Positions 9,583-15,431 of a stretch of DNA of 15,431 nucleotides are shown here, piece by piece. Numbering within the stretch: the stretch's first letter is position 1; every line of letters starts with the position of its first letter. Source of the DNA: Piromyces finnis finn. Taxonomy: Eukaryota > Fungi > Neocallimastigomycota. The stretch lies in NCBI GenBank assembly GCA_002104945.1, contig MCFH01000215.1, positions 1-15,431 of the forward strand, read 5' to 3'. The notes beneath the pieces were generated by a model. The model was not told the DNA's origin. It worked only from the letters and a program-made list of their open reading frames with translations, and did no database searches. The translations under genes were made by a program, and so were the position numbers.

Positions 9583-10221
9583 AACACTTTTAGTAAAAGT
9601 TGGTTTCTATATTATTATTTTTTTTTTTCTATTTATTTTTCTATTATCCACTTTATAAAAAATAACAATATATATATTTAAAGTTTAAAACCCACACTTT
9701 ACAAAGTCTAAATGATACACAATTGATTAAATTATGAAACGCCTGTTAATTAAGAAATATATTTTTTTTTTTAAATTTTTTTTTATTTTATTTATTAGTT
9801 TTAAATTTTTTAAAAAAATTTTATAAAAAAAAAAAAAGGTCGTAATTTTAATAAAAACTATTTTTATTTTGTTTAATAATCTATCTATAAATTATGTAAT
9901 ATAAACAATAGTTTCTTTTTTAATTCATTATTTTATATCAAAACCTTTTAATATTTTTAATTTCTTATAATTTCTCAATTTTTTTAGTTAAGAAATTATA
10001 ATATTATTTTAACGATAATTACAATGGATTCATCGACTTTATAATAGAGGAATGAATTAATAAGTTTTTCCGCTTTTTGTATATATTTTGATTTGTGCTT
10101 TTATATTTACGTTTATAATTTGTATGTGTGATTAATTTATATATTGTATTTTTAAATACAACTAGGATCTAATTTATTTTAGATTATAATATAATTTAGG
10201 CTACTATTTATTGAATTACAT

Positions 10222-12583
10222 TTAGTTCTTAGCGGCAGCAGCTAATAAGTTTAAGGCAGAACCGGCCTTGAACCATTCAATTTGACCTTCGTTTAAGGTG
10301 TGGTTAAGCTTAATTTCGAAGCTAGAACCGTCAGCCTTAGTGAACTTAGCGGTTAATGGAACACCTGGAGTAAGAGTCTTAAGACCAAGAATGGAGACCT
10401 TGTCAGTTGGGTCAATCTTATCGTAATCAGCAGTGTTAGCGAAAGTAAGTGGAAGAACACCTTGTTTCTTAAGGTTAGTTTCGTGAATTCTAGCGAAACT
10501 CTTGACAATAACAGCAACACCACCTAAGTGTCTTGGTTCTAAGGCAGCGTGTTTCACGAGAACTACCTTACCATAGTTTTCGTCAGCGATAACAACCCAT
10601 GGCATACCGTGAGCCTTGTAGTCTCTGGCAACAGCTGGAAACAGCATCGTATTCACCAGTTAAGGCGTTACGAATCTTGTTAGCTTCACCATTTTCAGAG
10701 TTGATAGCACCAATTAACATGTTGTTGGAGATGTTGTCTAAGTGACCACGGTACTTAAAGCCATGGACCGGCCATACTGATGTGATCAGTAGTACACTTA
10801 CCCCTTAACCTTGATAAGAATGTTAAGGTTTTCGTAATCTTCACCATTCCACTTGTTGAATGGAGTTAAGAGTTGTAATCTTTGACTAGTTGGGCTAACA
10901 ATAACTTCAACGTTGGAACGATCTTCTGGTGGAGCTTGGTAAACCATTTCTCCCTTATCGTAACCAGTTGGTGGAAGAGCATCACACTTGGTGGTTGGAA
11001 CTTGAACTTAGAACCATCTGGCTTAGTGATTTCATCCTTCATTGGGTTGAACTTAAGAGAACCACCAAAGACCATAGCGGTAACAATTTCTGGAAGAAGC
11101 AACGAAAGCGTGAGTTTGTGGGTTAGCATCGTTTCTAGCAGTGAAGTTACGGTTGTAGGAAGTAATGATACTGTTAAGATCACCCTTCTTGATGTCCTTA
11201 CGGTCCCATTGACCAATACATGGACCACAAGCCATTGGCTAAAACGGTACCACCAACCTTCTTCATTAATTCCATTTGACCATCCTTAGCAATAGTAGCT
11301 CTAATTTGTTCACTACCTGGGGTAATAATGAACTTAGACTTGGCTGGAACGCCATTGTCAAGAGCTTGCTTAATTAAGGAAGAGACACGGCACATATCTT
11401 CGTAGGAAGAGTTAGTACAGGAACCAATAAGACCAACCTTTAATTCTTCTGGCCATCCGTTCTTTTCAACGGCATTCTTGAATTCACTTAATGGAGTAGC
11501 TAAATCTGGAGTGAATGGACCGTTGATGTGTGGTTCTAATTCACTGAGGTTGATTTCAATAACTTGGTCGTATTTACAACCTTCATCAGCCTTTAATAAG
11601 TCCTTATATTGCTTAGCTAATTCAGCAATATCAGCACGACCAGTGGCCTTTAAGTATTCTTCCATACGTTCATTGAATGGGAAAATAGAGGTAGTGGCAC
11701 CAATTTCAGCACCCATGTTACAGATGGTAGCCATACCAGTACAAGAGATAGATTCAACACCTTCACCGAAGTATTCAACAATAGCACCTGTACCACCCTT
11801 GACAGTAAGGATACCGGCAACCTTTAAGATAATATCCTTTGGAGAAGTCCAACCGTTACGCTTACCAGTTAACTTAACACCAATGATCTTTGGGCACTTT
11901 AATTCCCATGGAATACCAGCCATAACATCGACAGCATCAGCACCACCAACACCAACGGCGATCATACCGAGACCACCAGCGTTTGGAGTGTGAGAATCAG
12001 TACCGATCATCATACCACCTGGGTAGGCGTAGTTTTCAAGAACAATTTGGTGGATGATACCACTTCCTGGCTTCCAGAAAACCAATACCGTACTTAGCAG
12101 AGCAGGAAGAAAGGAAATCGTAAACTTCCTTGTTAATTTCCTTAGCACGTGGTAAATCACTTTCAGCACCAACTTGGGCTTGAATTAAGTGATCACAGTG
12201 GACAGTAGTTGGAACAGCGACAGTTGGAAGACCAGCAGACATGAATTGAAGAAGAGCCATTTGAGCAGTAGCATCTTGACAAGCAACACGGTCTGGGTGT
12301 AAGTTAAGGTAACTGTTACCACGTTCAATAACTTGGTTCTTTGGATCAGCTAAGTGACCATAGACAATCTTTTCAGCATAAGTTAATGGACGGTTTAATC
12401 TTTATAAATTATTTATATTATATAAAAATTAATAAAAAATTTATTTGAAGATTTATTATTTATAATATTGTTGATTATTATTTTTATAAACCTTTCACGA
12501 ACGAGTTTGACGTTTTCGGCCATTTTTTCATATTGAATGAAATTGTTTTGGTCGAAAGCGGACATAGCAACCTTGGTAGCCAT
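10222..12583 (-). CDS. ACO1: Aconitate hydratase, mitochondrial-type family (yeast Aco1 / animal ACO2-like); exons 12492-12583 and 10222-12399; 754 aa after correcting 9 single-base indels
   Basis: Motifs [98 protein letters not shown] and WFKAGSALN. The Fe-S cysteines and catalytic residues are present after indel correction. Confidence 0.96.
12400..12491 (-). other. 92-nt spliceosomal GT-AG intron in aconitase (phase 2)
   Basis: AG|GTTTAT ... TAAAG|ATTA joins VRE-R-LNRP in frame. The intron is AT-rich. Confidence 0.9.
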
Positions 12584-14538
12584 TTTTTTTACTTTAATAT
12601 AAAAATAATTAACATATTAATATTATATTTATATAATACTTTTATTTTATTTCATCTTTTATTTTAATAAACAAAATTTCTCTTTTTTTGTATTAATCCA
12701 AACTTTATATACTTTTTATATTTTAACATAAAAATTGTTTTAACTTTAACATATAATATATTTTAAATATCTTTGAATATTAATAATTTTCTTCTTTATT
12801 TTATGTTAATAATTAATTCATTATTGAATTATTTCATTTTTTGTGAATAATCTTTTTTTATTATATCATCCCTATTTACTACTTTTATTTCGTACCAGAC
12901 CAAACATTATTCAAAAATAAAAAGCTTTTTTTTATTAACGACATATACCTAATACTTCTGAAAAAAAATATTTAAAAATTTAAAACAAAAAAGATCCTAA
13001 AGTTTTATAGATAGTTATTTTTTTTCCTGTGTAGTGAGTAAAAAAAAAAAAAAAAAAAAAGTTTTTTTTTTTGTCTTTTTATAATTATTTTATAGGTATA
13101 ATAATTTAAAAAAATATATTAGTATATATTATAATATATGGGAGTATTATATTAAAAACTAATAAATATTATATTTATATAGAGAAATAAAAATATTAAA
13201 TTATTAATTTATCAAGTATATTATAATATATGTACCTAATATATATTGTTAAGATGTATATTATATATTTTAACTTTAATGAAAATCAAAAAAAAATTGA
13301 TAATATTTAATTTTAGTATCTTTAAAATGTGGGGAATAAATATTAATATATATTATTATTACTATTAAACAATATATTATATCTTATAATATTTTATATT
13401 GATTTAATAAGATTTAATTGGCTCTTTCTATCAAAGCCTGGCAAAATATGTTTTTTTTTAATTTTTTTTTCTATAGAGTAATAGTTAGAAGTTTCATTAA
13501 AAAAAGTAATATAAGCATAATAATACCATAAAAATAAACATTCAATGAATAAATGAGGGGAAATTTTAGCTAACATATTAAATTTTGACAGTCAATTTTA
13601 TTTATATTTTTTAAAAAAAATTGGAATTCTTTTGTTGAGATAAACCAAAAAAAAGTTCAACAATTAATGTATGCATTTTTACTATTTCTAATGTACATAA
13701 GAACGTGTATATGTTTTTTTTTTAATGAAATAGAAAATATTATAGTTTAATAAAAAAAATTAATTTATAGTACAATTCAACAAATATTTTTATAAATATA
13801 TATGTTATATTTTTATGAGATTAATAAGCTTACTATTTTATTTCTACAATATTAAAATTTACACATGAAGAAGAAGAAGAAAAATGTTTTTTTTATAAAA
13901 GTATATGTCATAAGAAGTTTGTGGTGGTAATTTTATTTTTGCTTTATTTTTTAAATATACTGCTACGTATACAATATTTTTTTATTATTGTATTCTGTAT
14001 ATGTAGTAAAAATGTATTTTTTTAGAAATTTTAGATAGTTTATCTTTAAAAAAAAAAATCTCCATTCAACTATTAAAAAAATATTAAAAAAAAATATTTG
14101 TACTATCAACTTATTGATGATTTGAAATTACAGTTAAAAAATTTTTTTGATTAATTTAAATATTATAATAATGAAAAGTGAAAAAAAAAAAAAAAAAACA
14201 CGAAAAACAAACAAAATGCATGTTTTATGGGATAAATTAGTATTTTTATTAATGATTATAATTATTATTTAATAATAAAAAATTGGTGGTGGAGATGTTT
14301 TTTTTTTCAAGTTTTTCCAAATGTTTAAATCATCATTATATCACATGATTTATATATATTAAAAGATAAAACCATTCGTTTGATAATAGATAATGTTTAT
14401 CAGAAATAAAAAAAATTAATTTATATAGAAATGTATCTATAAATGTTTTTTTTTTAAATTTTTACTTATTTAGAATAAGATATTTATTGGGTTTTATTTT
14501 GTTGTATTTTCTGTTGTAGTAGTTATGGATGGTTATAG

Positions 14539-14616
14539 AAAACTTGTAGTTATGGGATAGTTTAAAGAAATAAAAAAAAAAAGTATTTCTTTAAACTATC
14601 CATAACTACAAGTTTT
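14539..14616. repeat. Near-perfect 33-bp inverted repeat with an 11-nt A-rich loop
   Basis: AAAACTTGTAGTTATGG(G)ATAGTTTAAAGAAATA (14539-14572) pairs with TATTTCTTTAAACTATCCATAACTACAAGTTTT (14584-14616). Confidence 0.93.
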
Positions 14617-15431
14617 TATTATCATTATAACTATATATATTATATATATATTATTTTTGGAGGTGTATTACTTGCTTTTTAATATAATAAAAATAGGATG
14701 ACTATCATAAAGGTGTTTAAAGTAGTTTTATTACATAATCTTCAAACCTTTCTAATACTTTTAAATATCTTTATATAAAATGAAAATACATCTATCCTTC
14801 TTTTTTTTTTTTTTAAATATTGGGTACTTTTAACAGTATTTTTAAAGTCTTTACAAATTATTTTCTAGATATGAGAGAATAAAGTTTATAATTTATGTAG
14901 TTTTATATTTATCTACTGTAAGGTTTAACTATATATTTTTATATAATCATTATTATTTTAATAAATTATACTATCTATACACAGAATTAGAGGGAATGTT
15001 TTAGTAAATTAGTATCATAATAGTTATTTTTTTTTATTACTAAACGTAATACTTTACTAATTTTTAAATATACTTTTTTATATTGAAAAATTACTTTTAA
15101 AGCTATCTTTTCTTAATAAAAAATTTCTTTATAAAAAATCCTAAAAATTTTTTTGTGTTACATTCTTTATAAAGTTTAAATTTTAATGAATCTAATGGAA
15201 TACATGTATTTTATAATTAAGAAATAACCTATTTTTATTTTTCACTTTTTCATAATAAAATATTTATGTTGTAAATATTATTGTAGTATTTCAAAGTATT
15301 TGATAATTATATAGATAGAAATAGTAAAAATACACAATTAATAAGTGAGTATTCATAAAAATAAACCCTTCCAATTATAAATTATATAATGCATTTTCTA
15401 AAAAGAAGAAATTTAGTATAAAAATAAATTC

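Noticed and set aside
10882-11993. Plus-strand ORFs 10882-11289, 10929-11126 and 11478-11993
   Set aside because: Antisense shadows of the codon-biased aconitase gene.
10222-12583. Aconitase as a pseudogene
   Set aside because: Only single-base, mostly homopolymer indels. Residues and codon bias are conserved, which fits sequencing error.
13040-13072. A21-G-T11 run (also A18 at 14181-14198) as a retro-tail or terminator
   Set aside because: Homopolymer runs are common throughout this intergenic DNA. No associated element or TSD was seen.
13394-13576. 60-aa minus-strand ORF with a TTG start
   Set aside because: Composed of F/I/K/Y/L codons expected from AT-rich noise. No motif or codon bias like the real gene.

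Overview
Very AT-rich eukaryotic DNA. Base composition, codon usage and the aconitase below suggest an anaerobic gut fungus (Neocallimastigomycota), which is an inference. Positions 1-7712 form a ~3.8 kb + ~3.8 kb inverted repeat: two copies of one non-LTR retrotransposon (LINE: APE endonuclease, RT with FADD, C-terminal CCHC) lying tail-to-tail around a ~128 bp T-rich-then-A-rich centre. Copy A (+) runs off the window start. Copy B (-) continues to an ATG at 8561 through a Ser/Asn linker and an RRM-like N-terminal region. The arms differ by many 1-bp indels (probable long-read errors) and by at least 13 synonymous versus 1 nonsynonymous substitution found by eye, so they look like two distinct family members. 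At 9205-9582 there is a 124-bp tandem duplication followed by a 119-bp internal piece of the LINE RT gene, with the segments punctuated by three TTCCYAAGAGGG 12-mers. At 10222-12583 (-) is a two-exon mitochondrial-type aconitase with no targeting presequence, broken by 9 single-base indels that look like sequencing errors. The remainder is AT-rich non-coding DNA with one 33-bp hairpin at 14539-14616.
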